Origin: Dehalococcoidia bacterium
GTDB taxonomy: Bacteria > Chloroflexota > Dehalococcoidia > Lucifugimonadales > UBA1127
Assembly: GCA_965205235.1 (NCBI GenBank)
Contig: CBDBGD010000003.1
Location: 4,854-68,853 of the forward strand
Length of the DNA stretch: 64,000 nucleotides
Direction of reading: 5' to 3'
Part shown: piece by piece, positions 10,064 to 18,868 of the stretch
Layout of the letters: each line of letters starts with the position of its first letter
Position numbering within the stretch: the stretch's first letter is position 1
The notes under the pieces: model-generated
What the model was told of the DNA's origin: nothing
The model's input: only the letters and a program-made list of their open reading frames with translations
Databases searched by the model: none
Program-made: the position numbers and the translations under genes

Positions 10064-11949
10064 CGACACCGGTGAGGAACAGCGCAAAGGGACGCGGCAT
10101 CCAGGGGCTGGATGACGTCATCCTGGGCGGTCTCTACGACCACCGGGTAGCAGTCCGGCTGTTCGGCTACGCCTTCCGATACAAGAAGTACTTCTTCCTG
10201 TCCCTGGTGGGCATGGCGGGCTACATCGCCACCATGGTGGCCCTACCCCTCATCATCGGCTGGGGCGTGGAGGGGGTGGTGAACCCGTCGGAGGGGGAGG
10301 AGTGGTACGGGAACCTGGACACCGTCTTCCTAATCTTCATCCTCAACGCAGTGGGCAACCTGGCCTTCAACTACCTGCAGCTGACGTCGATGGCGGCGGT
10401 GTCCGTGGAGGTGCTCAACGCACTGCGGGTCGACATGTTCGACCACCTGCAGCGCCAGTCGACGGCCTTCTACGACCGGAGCGAGGTGGGACGCATCATG
10501 TCCCGGGTGCAGAGCGACGTGCTGCAGATCCAGGACTGGATGGAGATGGGCGTGTTCACCATGGCCGAGATGGTGATGCTGATCTTCATTGCGGCCACGA
10601 TGATCTGGATGAACCCGGTGCTGGGACTGGTCACGCTGTCCGTGATACCGGTGCTGGTGCTGATAATGTACGTGTGGCAGCGGTACGCGCGGCCCACGTT
10701 CATCCGGGTGCGCACGGCCATCGCCATCGTCAACGGCAACCTGCAGGAGAGCATCTCCGGGGTGCGGGTCTCCCAGAGCATGAACCGCCAAGGGCTGAAC
10801 TCGCAGCACTTCGACCAGCTCAACAACAACCACCTGCAGGCGACGCTGCGGGCCGCCCTCATCTCCTCCGTCATGTCCCCGGCGGTCGAGGTGCTGACGG
10901 TGCTCTCCATGGGGCTGGTGGTGGTTATCGGCGGGACGATGGTGTTCGATGGGGCCCTTGAGGTGGGGCTGCTGGTTGCCTTCCTGCTGTACATCCAGCG
11001 CTTCTTCGAGCCGATCCGGACGCTGGCGATGAACTACACGCAGTTCCAGCGGGCCATGGCCTCCGGGTCCCGCATCTTCGAGCTGCTGGACCTTGAGCCG
11101 GAGATGGTGGAGCGAGAGGACGCCCAGGAGATGCCGCCGCTGAAGGGAGAGGTGCGCATGGACCATGTCACCTTCGGCTACCTGCCGGGGGTGGACGTAC
11201 TCAAGGACATCAACCTGCACATCCGCGCCGGGGAGACGGTGGCCCTGGTGGGCCTGACCGGGGCCGGGAAGACGACCATGGCCTCCCTGGTTGCCCGCTT
11301 CTACGACGTGGACGAGGGCAGCATCACCATCGACGGGATCGACGTGCGGGAAGTGCGGCGGGAGAGCCTGGGGCGGCAGATGAGCATGGTGCTGCAGGAC
11401 CCCTTCCTCTACTCGACGACGGTGCGGGAGAACATCCGCTACAACCACGAAGAGATGACAGAAGAGCAGGTCGTCGCCGCGGCAAAGGCCGTGGGCGCCC
11501 ACGACTTCATCACCCGGCTGGAGAACGGCTACGACACGGTACTCCAGCAGCGGGGCGGCAACCTGAGCATGGGCCAGCGGCAGCTCATCAGCTTCGCCAG
11601 GGCGGTGGTCGCAGACCCTCGTATCCTGGTGCTGGACGAGGCGACGGCCAACATCGACTCGCAGACGGAGCACATCATCCAGAAGGCGCTGGAGGTGATC
11701 CTGCAGGGGCGGACCTCCATCGTCATCGCCCACCGGCTGTCCACCATCACGGGTGCGGACAAGATCGTGGTGCTGGAGCTGGGCCGCATCAAAGAGGTGG
11801 GCACACACCAGGAGCTGCTGGCGCAGGGCGGCCTGTATGCGGAGCTCTTCGCCATGAACTTCGGGGAGACCTTCAGCGGCAACGGCGTCGCGTACACGGA
11901 GCGGGTGGGAGCGGAGCAGCTGCGGGGCGCAACGGGCCGGGACGACTGA
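10060..11949 (+). CDS. ABC exporter, fused permease/ATPase (heterodimer half 2)
   Basis: Overlaps the upstream gene by 4 nt. Walker A GLTGAGKTT, signature LSMGQRQLISFAR and Walker B ILVLDEATANID. Confidence 0.9.
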   Translation: MTTPVRNSAKGRGIQGLDDVILGGLYDHRVAVRLFGYAFRYKKYFFLSLVGMAGYIATMVALPLIIGWGVEGVVNPSEGEEWYGNLDTVFLIFILNAVGNLAFNYLQLTSMAAVSVEVLNALRVDMFDHLQRQSTAFYDRSEVGRIMSRVQSDVLQIQDWMEMGVFTMAEMVMLIFIAATMIWMNPVLGLVTLSVIPVLVLIMYVWQRYARPTFIRVRTAIAIVNGNLQESISGVRVSQSMNRQGLNSQHFDQLNNNHLQATLRAALISSVMSPAVEVLTVLSMGLVVVIGGTMVFDGALEVGLLVAFLLYIQRFFEPIRTLAMNYTQFQRAMASGSRIFELLDLEPEMVEREDAQEMPPLKGEVRMDHVTFGYLPGVDVLKDINLHIRAGETVALVGLTGAGKTTMASLVARFYDVDEGSITIDGIDVREVRRESLGRQMSMVLQDPFLYSTTVRENIRYNHEEMTEEQVVAAAKAVGAHDFITRLENGYDTVLQQRGGNLSMGQRQLISFARAVVADPRILVLDEATANIDSQTEHIIQKALEVILQGRTSIVIAHRLSTITGADKIVVLELGRIKEVGTHQELLAQGGLYAELFAMNFGETFSGNGVAYTERVGAEQLRGATGRDD

Positions 11950-12044
11950 GCCCCACTCGCACGCCCGAGGCTTCGCCCCCAGACGCCACGGCCGCAACGG
12001 CCTGCCTTCGCACCGATAGCACAACGCTCACACGAGGACGCGCC

Positions 12045-12737
12045 ATGAAATACCAGGGAGTGCTCTTCGATCTCTACGGGACGCTGGTGGACCCCTTCCG
12101 CTCCAGCGAGGGCGCGGCCAACGTGCGGGAGATGGCGGCCGCGCTGGACCTCCCGACGGAGGACGTGCAGCGGCTATGGTCGGAGACGTTCCAGGAGCGG
12201 GAGACGGGGGGCTTCCCGACCATCGAGGAGAACATCCGCTGGATATGCCGCACCCTGGGCGCACAGCGCTCGGAGGCCCAGGTCGCGGCCGCGACCGAGG
12301 TGCGGTCGGCGCTCTACCGGCGCACCCTGGTCCCCAGGAAGGACAGCTATCCGACCCTGGCCGCGCTGCGGTCGGCGGGCGTCCGGCTGGCGCTGGTGAG
12401 CAACGCCGGGCCGCAGACCCCGGAGCTGTGGCGGGAGACGGTCATGGCGCCGCTGGTGGAGGTGACCGTCATATCGGCGGAGGCGCGGGTGGCCAAGCCG
12501 GACCCTGGCATCTACCGACTGGCGCTCGAGGGGCTGAGGCTCGCGCCGGAGGCGTGCTTGTTCGTAGGCGACGGGGGCAACTACGAGCTGGACGGCGCTC
12601 GTCGGGTGGGGCTGAACCCCGTGCTGATCAGGACGCCGGGGGACGACCTGGACAACCCCCACCGGCCCGAAGCCAAGGCGTGGCAGGGCCCTACGGTGTC
12701 GACCATCTCGGAGGTGCTGGGGCTGGTCGGGGTGTAG
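12045..12737 (+). CDS. HAD-superfamily hydrolase
   Basis: Motif I VLFDLYGTLVD, motif II LVSNAG and motif IV FVGDGGNYELDGA. Confidence 0.85.
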   Translation: MKYQGVLFDLYGTLVDPFRSSEGAANVREMAAALDLPTEDVQRLWSETFQERETGGFPTIEENIRWICRTLGAQRSEAQVAAATEVRSALYRRTLVPRKDSYPTLAALRSAGVRLALVSNAGPQTPELWRETVMAPLVEVTVISAEARVAKPDPGIYRLALEGLRLAPEACLFVGDGGNYELDGARRVGLNPVLIRTPGDDLDNPHRPEAKAWQGPTVSTISEVLGLVGV

Positions 12738-13569
12738 CCGGGGCGAGGTCCTGGCGGAGCGCTTCGGCCATGGTTGCGGCCGCGGGGCCTCCCAGGCGGC
12801 GGTACAGTCGGAGGAGGTTGTCGCACGTGGCGGCTGCGACCTCATCGAGCGTCGTCCCCTTGAGCTCCGCCAGCTTCTCCGCTACGTCTCGCACGTCCTT
12901 CGGCTCGGTCCAACGCTCGCGTTTGCCCTTGAAGGGCTGCGGGTAGGCGTCCGTCTCCAGGACGATGCCGTCGAGGGGAAGGGCGGCGGCCACCTGCTGG
13001 AGGTGCGGGAGCCGGAGCAGGGGCTTTGCCAGGGAGACGTGGAATCCCAGGTCCAGGCACTCGGCGGCGACGGCCGCGTCGCCCTGGAAGTAGTGCATGG
13101 CGCCGCCCACCTCCCAACCCCGCTCCTCGCGGAGGACGCGCAGCACCTCGCGGTGCGTCTCCGGCACGTTGGGGAGGCCGCGCGAGTGGAAGATGAGGGG
13201 CAGGCGCAGGTCACGCGCCAGTCGGACCTGCTCCCGGAAGGCCCGGTACTGGAGGGCAAGGTCGGGGGCGCGCTCGCCGAAGTCCAAGCCGATCTCGCTG
13301 ACGGCGACGACGCGGGGGCTGGAGCGGGCCAGGTCGCGGAGGCGGGAGACTTGGTCCGTCCACGGCTCCCGGACGTCGGTGGGATGCACGCCGACGCCGG
13401 CGAGGAGGGCGGGGTCCGCCTCCGCCATGGCGATGCAGCGAGCCGACGACTCGACCGTCGTGCCCGCAACGAGGATGACGCCCACGCCCGCCTCTCGGGC
13501 CCGCGTGACGATGCCGCTCAGCTCCGCATCGTCGTACTGGTCCAGGTGCGTATGGCAGTCGACCAACAT
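12691..13569 (-). CDS. tatD: TatD-family metal-dependent hydrolase
   Basis: MLVDCHTHLDQY start, VGVHP, EIGLDF, IFHSR and ETDAP-like (LETDAYP) motifs. The C-terminal tail overlaps the convergent HAD gene by 47 nt. Confidence 0.85.
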   Translation of the reverse strand: MLVDCHTHLDQYDDAELSGIVTRAREAGVGVILVAGTTVESSARCIAMAEADPALLAGVGVHPTDVREPWTDQVSRLRDLARSSPRVVAVSEIGLDFGERAPDLALQYRAFREQVRLARDLRLPLIFHSRGLPNVPETHREVLRVLREERGWEVGGAMHYFQGDAAVAAECLDLGFHVSLAKPLLRLPHLQQVAAALPLDGIVLETDAYPQPFKGKRERWTEPKDVRDVAEKLAELKGTTLDEVAAATCDNLLRLYRRLGGPAAATMAEALRQDLAPATPRPAPAPPRWSTP

Positions 13570-13682
13570 CGCCCTCCCATTGTAACGCGTCGGGCGAGGC
13601 GGGAATCGACGGCGGAGGGTCTAGGCGGCAGCGCCAGGAAGCGGCTACACTGGATGCGAGGCCCTGTGTAGCGAGGTGCCCT

Positions 13683-13832
13683 ATGCCCAGAGGCGACTAC
13701 CGGAAACGAGAGTCCAAGAAGCCCAAGAAGGACAAGCGGAAGATCACCCCCCTGACCTCCCTCATCGCTCCGCAACCGGAGCCGGAGCGCGTCCGTCGGG
13801 AGCGGAAGGCCCGCGAGGAAGAGGCGGCGTAG
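13683..13832 (+). CDS. small Lys/Arg-rich hypothetical protein (49 aa; below the ORF-track cutoff)
   Basis: MPRGDYRKRESKKPKKDKRKITPLTSLIAPQPEPERVRRERKAREEEAA. This frame has markedly higher GC3 than the overlapping 62-aa track ORF 13676-13864. Confidence 0.35.
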   Translation: MPRGDYRKRESKKPKKDKRKITPLTSLIAPQPEPERVRRERKAREEEAA

Positions 13833-13844
13833 GCCCGCTCCATC

Positions 13845-14144
13845 GTGGCCCTGGATGCGAGTGAGGGGCGCCGTTCCCTCTCGATGCGCGTGTGGGGGGT
13901 GGTGCAGGGCGTGGGGTTCCGGGACTTCATGTGGCGCCACGCCCTCAGACTCGGCCTGCAGGGCTACGTGCGCAGCGAGGCCGACGGCCGCTCGGTGGAG
14001 GTCTACGCGGAGGGGCCTCCCGCGGCGCTGACGGAGCTGCGGGAACTGGCGTCCCGCGGGCCCCATGCAGCGCACGTGACCAGGGTGGACTGCGAGTGGG
14101 GCCCCGCCGCGGGCGGCCACGCCACCTTCACAGTCACGTTCTAG
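13845..14144 (+). CDS. acyP: acylphosphatase
   Basis: VWGVVQGVGFRDF...GYVRSEADGRSVEVYAEG is the acylphosphatase signature. An alternative start exists at ATG 13884. Confidence 0.85.
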   Translation: MALDASEGRRSLSMRVWGVVQGVGFRDFMWRHALRLGLQGYVRSEADGRSVEVYAEGPPAALTELRELASRGPHAAHVTRVDCEWGPAAGGHATFTVTF

Positions 14145-14620
14145 CCCTGAGGCTGAACCACCCTCTCCGTCCGCCGCAAGCCGTAGGCGTCCTGCCGGGT
14201 CAGGAGCCGCCTGAGGTGCGGGAGGGAGGGGTCCCGCGGCGTGATGCCCGCAACCCAAGCCTCCTGGATTCCCTGGTGCATCTCCTGGGTTGAGAGGGGT
14301 TGGTTGCCGCTCTTGAGGAGCAGGCGGAAAGCCGCCTCCAGCAAGGGCGTCTGAGCGGTGATGTAGCCGCTCTTGGTGGAGCAGCACCCCGCGATGATGC
14401 CCATCTCGTCCTCCCAGCCGGGGTCCTTCTTAGGCCTCCTGCGACGGCCCTTTACGACGGGGGGGCGGCCATCCCGGCAGTCCTGGCAGCGTCGCAGATG
14501 GGCGACGAAGGCCAGAGAGACCTGTCGCTGCTCGTACCAGGCCGGGTCGATGGCGTACCAGACCTCCTGGGCCTCGACACCCGTCGCCTGCTCTGCTGTT
14601 GGTAGCTGTCCCATGGTCAC
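14141..14620 (-). CDS. hypothetical protein, translationally coupled to moeA
   Basis: 159-aa ORF with good GC3. GTG start overlaps the moeA stop (GTGA). Contains CQDC and CC plus a basic stretch KGRRRRPKKD. No family recognised. Confidence 0.55.
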   Translation of the reverse strand: MTMGQLPTAEQATGVEAQEVWYAIDPAWYEQRQVSLAFVAHLRRCQDCRDGRPPVVKGRRRRPKKDPGWEDEMGIIAGCCSTKSGYITAQTPLLEAAFRLLLKSGNQPLSTQEMHQGIQEAWVAGITPRDPSLPHLRRLLTRQDAYGLRRTERVVQPQG

Positions 14621-15921
14621 ACCTGCACCTCCTCAGGCCAGTGGAGCATCTGGACCTGCACCGTCTCCCCCTCGTCCCTCGAATCGACATCCTCGGGGCA
14701 GATGGCAAGGCCGTTGGCCCGGGCCACGGAGGTGAGCAGGTTGCTCCCCTGCGGGCCGACGGGCCGAGCGGTGAATTGGCCGTTTCGCCGGGTCACCCAG
14801 ACCCGGGCGTAGACGCGCCGTCCGTCGTTGTTGTGGATGGGCCCCTCCAGGACCGCCGAGACTGTGGGCTTGGCAAGCTCGGTCCGTCCGAGCATACGGA
14901 GGATGGCGGGGCGGCAGAACTGCTCGAAGGCCACCAGCGCGCTGACGGGATTGCCGGGCAGCCCGATGTGCGGGACGCGACGCCCGTCCGCGGTCTCCAG
15001 AGCGCCGAAGGCCAGGGGCTTGGCGGGCCGCATTCGGACGGACCAGAAGTCGATCTCGCCGCGCTGCCGGAGGGCGTCCTTGACCAGGTCGTAGTCGCCG
15101 CGGGAGACGCCCGCGGAGGTGAGGACCAGGTCGCTGTCCAAGGCCTGGTCGAGCATGCGCAGGGTCTCGTCGAGGTTGTCGGGGGCGATGCCGAGGAGAT
15201 GGGGGACGCCCCCGTACTGCTGGACGGCTGCGGCGACGCTGAAGCTGTTGGAGTCGTAGATCTTGCCGGGGGCCAGCGCCTGGCCGGGGGCCATGAGCTC
15301 GTCGCCGGTGGCGAGGACGGCCACGCGCGGCCGGCGCACAACACGCACGGTGTCGCGGCCCAGCGAGGCCAGGACGCCTGCGTCGGCGGGGCGCAGGACG
15401 GCGCCGCCCTCGAGGACCATCTGCCCGCGGGCGACGTCCTCTCCGGCGGGGCGGACGTGCGCACCGGGACCCACGTCGAATCTCACGGCGATGCTGTCCA
15501 GGGGGATGCCCTGGGCCTTCCGCTCCACCTCGTCCGTCTCCTCGAATGGGACGACGGCGTCGGCGCCCTGTGGGATCGGGGCGCCGGTCATGATGCGGAC
15601 GGCGGTCGCGGGCTCGACAGGCCTGTCGGGCAGGCTGCCCGCGGCCACCTGGCCGACGACCGTCAGCACGATGGGGGAGTCGGTGGTCGCGCCCACGATG
15701 TCGCTGCGCCGCACGGCGTAGCCGTCCATGGCGGAGTTGGGCAGCGGCGGAATGTCAAAGCCGGCCGCGACGTCCTCGGCCAAAGTCTGGCCCAGGGCAT
15801 CCAAGAGCGGCTTCTCCTCCACCTCCAGGGGCGCGAAGTGGGCCAGAATGCGCTCCAGCGCATCCTCCACGCTGAGCATGCGCCCGTGGTGGCGGTGCCA
15901 GTGGGTGTGGTGGCCTTCCAT
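14617..15921 (-). CDS. moeA: molybdopterin molybdotransferase
   Basis: LSVEDALERIL...PLPNSAMDGYAV...GAPIP.GADAVV...TSGGVS-like (TSAGVSRGDYD) motifs. The ATG at 15921 is preceded by GGAGGAGGAG and gives a His-rich leader MEGHHTHWHRHHGR. Alternative start at 15879. Confidence 0.9.
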   Translation of the reverse strand: MEGHHTHWHRHHGRMLSVEDALERILAHFAPLEVEEKPLLDALGQTLAEDVAAGFDIPPLPNSAMDGYAVRRSDIVGATTDSPIVLTVVGQVAAGSLPDRPVEPATAVRIMTGAPIPQGADAVVPFEETDEVERKAQGIPLDSIAVRFDVGPGAHVRPAGEDVARGQMVLEGGAVLRPADAGVLASLGRDTVRVVRRPRVAVLATGDELMAPGQALAPGKIYDSNSFSVAAAVQQYGGVPHLLGIAPDNLDETLRMLDQALDSDLVLTSAGVSRGDYDLVKDALRQRGEIDFWSVRMRPAKPLAFGALETADGRRVPHIGLPGNPVSALVAFEQFCRPAILRMLGRTELAKPTVSAVLEGPIHNNDGRRVYARVWVTRRNGQFTARPVGPQGSNLLTSVARANGLAICPEDVDSRDEGETVQVQMLHWPEEVQV

Positions 15922-15946
15922 CTCCTCCTCCGGGGCCGACCGCCGC

Positions 15947-18337
15947 CTAGCGCGGGGTCGCGCCCACCTCCCGTTGCAGGGTTGCCAGGAGCTCCTCAGT
16001 CGCCCGGTCCACCTCCGCCGTCGTCAGGGTGCGCTCCGGGGAGCGCAGGGTGAGCCGGTAGGCCAGGGATCGCCTTCCCGCCGCCACCTGCGGGCCCACG
16101 TACACGTCGAAGAGGGTGACCCGGGCCACCAGGGGGTGGCGTTCCAGCACCGCCTGGACCTGGGCTGCAGGCGTCTCCAGGGGCACCACCAGGGCCAGGT
16201 CGCGGGTGGCGTCCGGGTAGCGGGGCACGGGACGGAAGCGCCTGCCCTCCGCGGGCAGAGCCTCGAGCAGCGCCTCCAGGTCCAGCTCGAAGAGGACCAC
16301 GGGGCCGCCGTCGACGTCGAAGCGGGCCAGCGTGTCGGCGTCGACCTCCCCCAAGACGCCGACGTCATTCCCCGCGATGCGCAGTGCGGCCGCCCTGCCG
16401 GGACGGAGCGCGGGGTCGTCCAGGGGCTGGTAGTCGCCCTGGGCACCAAGCCGGTCCAGGACGGCGTCTATCGCACCCCGGGCGTCGAAGAAGTCGAGAG
16501 GTCGCGGCTCGCCGCGCCAGGTGACCGGCGCGGTGGCCCCGGTAAGGACGCCGACGGCCATCTCGCGCTCGTCGGGGAGGCCCTCGCCCCAGTAGTGATA
16601 GACGCGGGAGACCTCGAAGAGGCGCAGGGGGCCCTCCTCCAGGCGGCGGTTGGAGGCCATGGTCGCCAGCAGGCTGGAGCGGAGGCTGGTACGCAGGTAC
16701 TCGTGTTCGGGCGTGAGCGGGTTGGCGACGCGCAGGGGGTCGGGGCCGGGCGCGCTCACCTTCAACGCACCGGCGCCCACCAGCGAGTAGCTAACGATCT
16801 CCTGGAAGCCGGCGGCGACGAACAGGTCCCGCACGCGCTCTTTGAGCTCTCGCAGGGGGTTGGGGTCCTGGGGCGGGATGGGCGCGGACATGGTCGTGGT
16901 GGGGATGCGGTCGTAGCCGACGACGCGCGCGACCTCCTCGACCAGGTCGTCCTCAATGCCAACGTCCGCGCGCCAGTAGGGGACGGCGACCTCCAGGACG
17001 TCGTCGCCGGTGGCAGCAGCGCGGAAGCCGAGGGTGGAGAGGGCGCGCGCCGCCTCGCTCGCGGGGACGTCGACGCCCAGGACCTGTTGCAGGCGGGCCG
17101 AGGTGAGGGTGACCGGCGCGGCGTCGCGCCGACCGGGATAGACGTCGATGATGCCCTTGGCGGCGGTCCCGCCCGCGACCTCCAGGATGAGTTGGGTGGC
17201 GCGCCGGAGGGCGACCACGGGGAGCTCGGGCCGCAGCCCCTTCTCGAAGCGCAGGGCGGCCTCGGTGCGGAGGCGGAGAGCGCCGGCCGTGCGGCGGGTG
17301 TTGAAGGGGTGGAAGCTAGCCGACTCCAGGAAGACGGCGGTGGTGGACTCGGTGACCTCGCTGTGGGCGCCGCCCATGACGCCCGCGAGGCCGACGGCGT
17401 CCTGTGCGTCGGCGATGACGAGCATGGGCGGGCGGAGGCTGCGCAGCACGCCGTCGAGGGCGCGCAGGGTCTCGCCTGGCCGGGCCTGTCGAACGATGAC
17501 CTTCTGCTCCTTGACCCGATGGTAGTCGAAGGCGTGGAGGGGCTGGCCGAACTCCAGCATGATGTAGTTGGTGACGTCGACGACGTTGTTGATGGGGCGC
17601 ATGCCGGCCCGCAGCAGCCGGTCCTGCATCCACTGCGGGGAGGGGCCGACGGTCAGGCCGGTCACGAGACTGCCCACGTAGCGGGGACACAGGTCCGCGT
17701 CCCAGACCTCCACGGCCACCTGATCATCGATGGGGGGGCCGTCCTCCGGGTAGTCGAGCGCGGGCTCCCGGACGGAGGCGCCGGCTATGGCCGCCACCTC
17801 GTAGGCGACGCCGAGCAAGGAGAGAGCGTCCGGCCGGTTGGCCGTCACGTCGATGTCGAGGACGGTGTCGCCCAGGAGCTGCTCCAGCGGGGTGCCGACG
17901 GGGGCGTCGTCGGGCAGGACAAGGATGCCGTCGTGGTCGTCGCCGAGGCCGAGCTCTCGCTCGGAGCAGACCATGCCCTCGGAGCGGACGCCGCGGATGG
18001 TGGCGGCCTTGAGCGTCGACAGCTCGCCGCTGCGGGCGTCGTAGAGGCGGGCGCCGGCCCGAGCGAAGGCGATCTTTTGTCCCGCGGCGACGTTGGGAGC
18101 GCCGCAGACCACCCGGACCTGCTCGTCACCGGTGTCGACGGTGCAGAGGGAGAGGCGGTCGGCGTTGGGGTGGGGGGCCACGGCCACGACGCGGCCGACG
18201 GAGCAGCGCTCCCACGTCCCGCCGATGCGCTCGACGGCGCCCACCTCAAGGCCGGCCATGGTGAGCCGGTGGGCCAGCTCCTCCGCGGGGAGGGCCCAGT
18301 CCACAAGCTCGCTCAGCCAGGAGAGGGGGACGCGCAT
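15947..18337 (-). CDS. pheT: phenylalanine--tRNA ligase beta subunit
   Basis: 796 aa: MRVPLSWLSELV start, tRNA-binding domain, B3/4, B5 and a C-terminal anticodon-binding-like domain. Classic PheT architecture downstream of pheS. Confidence 0.95.
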   Translation of the reverse strand: MRVPLSWLSELVDWALPAEELAHRLTMAGLEVGAVERIGGTWERCSVGRVVAVAPHPNADRLSLCTVDTGDEQVRVVCGAPNVAAGQKIAFARAGARLYDARSGELSTLKAATIRGVRSEGMVCSERELGLGDDHDGILVLPDDAPVGTPLEQLLGDTVLDIDVTANRPDALSLLGVAYEVAAIAGASVREPALDYPEDGPPIDDQVAVEVWDADLCPRYVGSLVTGLTVGPSPQWMQDRLLRAGMRPINNVVDVTNYIMLEFGQPLHAFDYHRVKEQKVIVRQARPGETLRALDGVLRSLRPPMLVIADAQDAVGLAGVMGGAHSEVTESTTAVFLESASFHPFNTRRTAGALRLRTEAALRFEKGLRPELPVVALRRATQLILEVAGGTAAKGIIDVYPGRRDAAPVTLTSARLQQVLGVDVPASEAARALSTLGFRAAATGDDVLEVAVPYWRADVGIEDDLVEEVARVVGYDRIPTTTMSAPIPPQDPNPLRELKERVRDLFVAAGFQEIVSYSLVGAGALKVSAPGPDPLRVANPLTPEHEYLRTSLRSSLLATMASNRRLEEGPLRLFEVSRVYHYWGEGLPDEREMAVGVLTGATAPVTWRGEPRPLDFFDARGAIDAVLDRLGAQGDYQPLDDPALRPGRAAALRIAGNDVGVLGEVDADTLARFDVDGGPVVLFELDLEALLEALPAEGRRFRPVPRYPDATRDLALVVPLETPAAQVQAVLERHPLVARVTLFDVYVGPQVAAGRRSLAYRLTLRSPERTLTTAEVDRATEELLATLQREVGATPR

Positions 18338-18391
18338 AGGCTCTACTCTTTCCTCAGATTCCTCACAGCTCGCTGTGTGAGGGTGTTCGCG

Positions 18392-18439
18392 CTAGAACTG
18401 GCGCAGGAAGCGGAGGTCGTTGGCGTAGAAGTGCCGAAT
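18392..18439 (-). pseudogene. orphan duplicate of the last 15 codons plus stop of pheS
   Basis: Encodes IRHFYANDLRFLRQF-stop, as does the true pheS end at 18824-18871 (47/48 nt identical; 45/45 over 18392-18436). No upstream pheS body. Sits 54 nt upstream of the pheT start. Confidence 0.75.
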
Positions 18440-18444
18440 ACCTC

Positions 18445-18813
18445 TCACGACTGCCCCAGCCTCATCAACATGGTTCGCATGGGCTGGAGGCTGCGGCTGA
18501 AGGGGTTCAGGACGAGACCCAGGATTTCCAGAGTCACGACTCCCAGCAGCCCCTCGTCGCCGGGCTCGCCCAGGAACACCGGCGTGTGGCCCTCTCCCTG
18601 GGGAAGGGAGAGGCGGCACTCCGACACCCGACGCTCCACGACCGTGCCGTCGGCCAGGGTAAAGCCCATCTCGCGCTGCGGCGCCAACTCGATGGCCCTC
18701 CACGCCTGCTCGGGGAGCAGCGAGTAGGTGGCCCCGCTGTCCACGAGAAGTCGTACGGATGCCCGCTTTCCAGTGGGGCCGATCGCCTCGGCGTCCACGT
18801 AGGTTATGCCCAT
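18445..18813 (-). CDS. retropepsin-like (clan AA) aspartic protease, about 122 aa
   Basis: MGITYVDAEAIGPTGKRASVRLLVDSGATYSLLP carries the D-S/T-G-A active-site motif and has the size of small bacterial/archaeal retropepsin-like proteases. ATG lies 10 nt after the pheS stop, with the RBS overlapping that stop (TAGGAGAG). The 69 N-terminal residues of track ORF 18445-19020 overlap pheS out of frame and were dropped. Confidence 0.8.
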   Translation of the reverse strand: MGITYVDAEAIGPTGKRASVRLLVDSGATYSLLPEQAWRAIELAPQREMGFTLADGTVVERRVSECRLSLPQGEGHTPVFLGEPGDEGLLGVVTLEILGLVLNPFSRSLQPMRTMLMRLGQS

Positions 18814-18823
18814 GGCTGCTCTC

Positions 18824-18868
18824 CTAGAACTGGCGCAGGAAGCGGAGGTCGTTGGCGTAGAAGTGCCG
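18824..18868. repeat. 45-bp direct repeat (upstream copy; partner at 18392-18436)
   Basis: CTAGAACTGGCGCAGGAAGCGGAGGTCGTTGGCGTAGAAGTGCCG occurs identically at both positions, 432 bp apart. Confidence 0.95.

Noticed and set aside
10330-12024. 564-aa minus-strand ORF; similar long frames at 50995-52482 and 51164-52603
   Set aside because: These are antisense to ABC exporter half 2 and to obg/nadD, which have clear Walker and G-motifs on the other strand.
13676-13864. 62-aa track ORF
   Set aside because: It has poor GC3 compared with the overlapping 49-codon frame at 13683-13832, and it runs into the acylphosphatase gene.
15880-15946. Moco riboswitch upstream of moeA
   Set aside because: At most 25-67 nt are available between the pheT stop and the moeA start. 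That is too short for the ~130-nt Moco RNA motif, and no conserved motif features were seen.
15728-18727. 999-aa ORF on the plus strand
   Set aside because: It is antisense to pheT and to the protease insert. It is low-complexity with no recognisable domains, a high-GC artefact.
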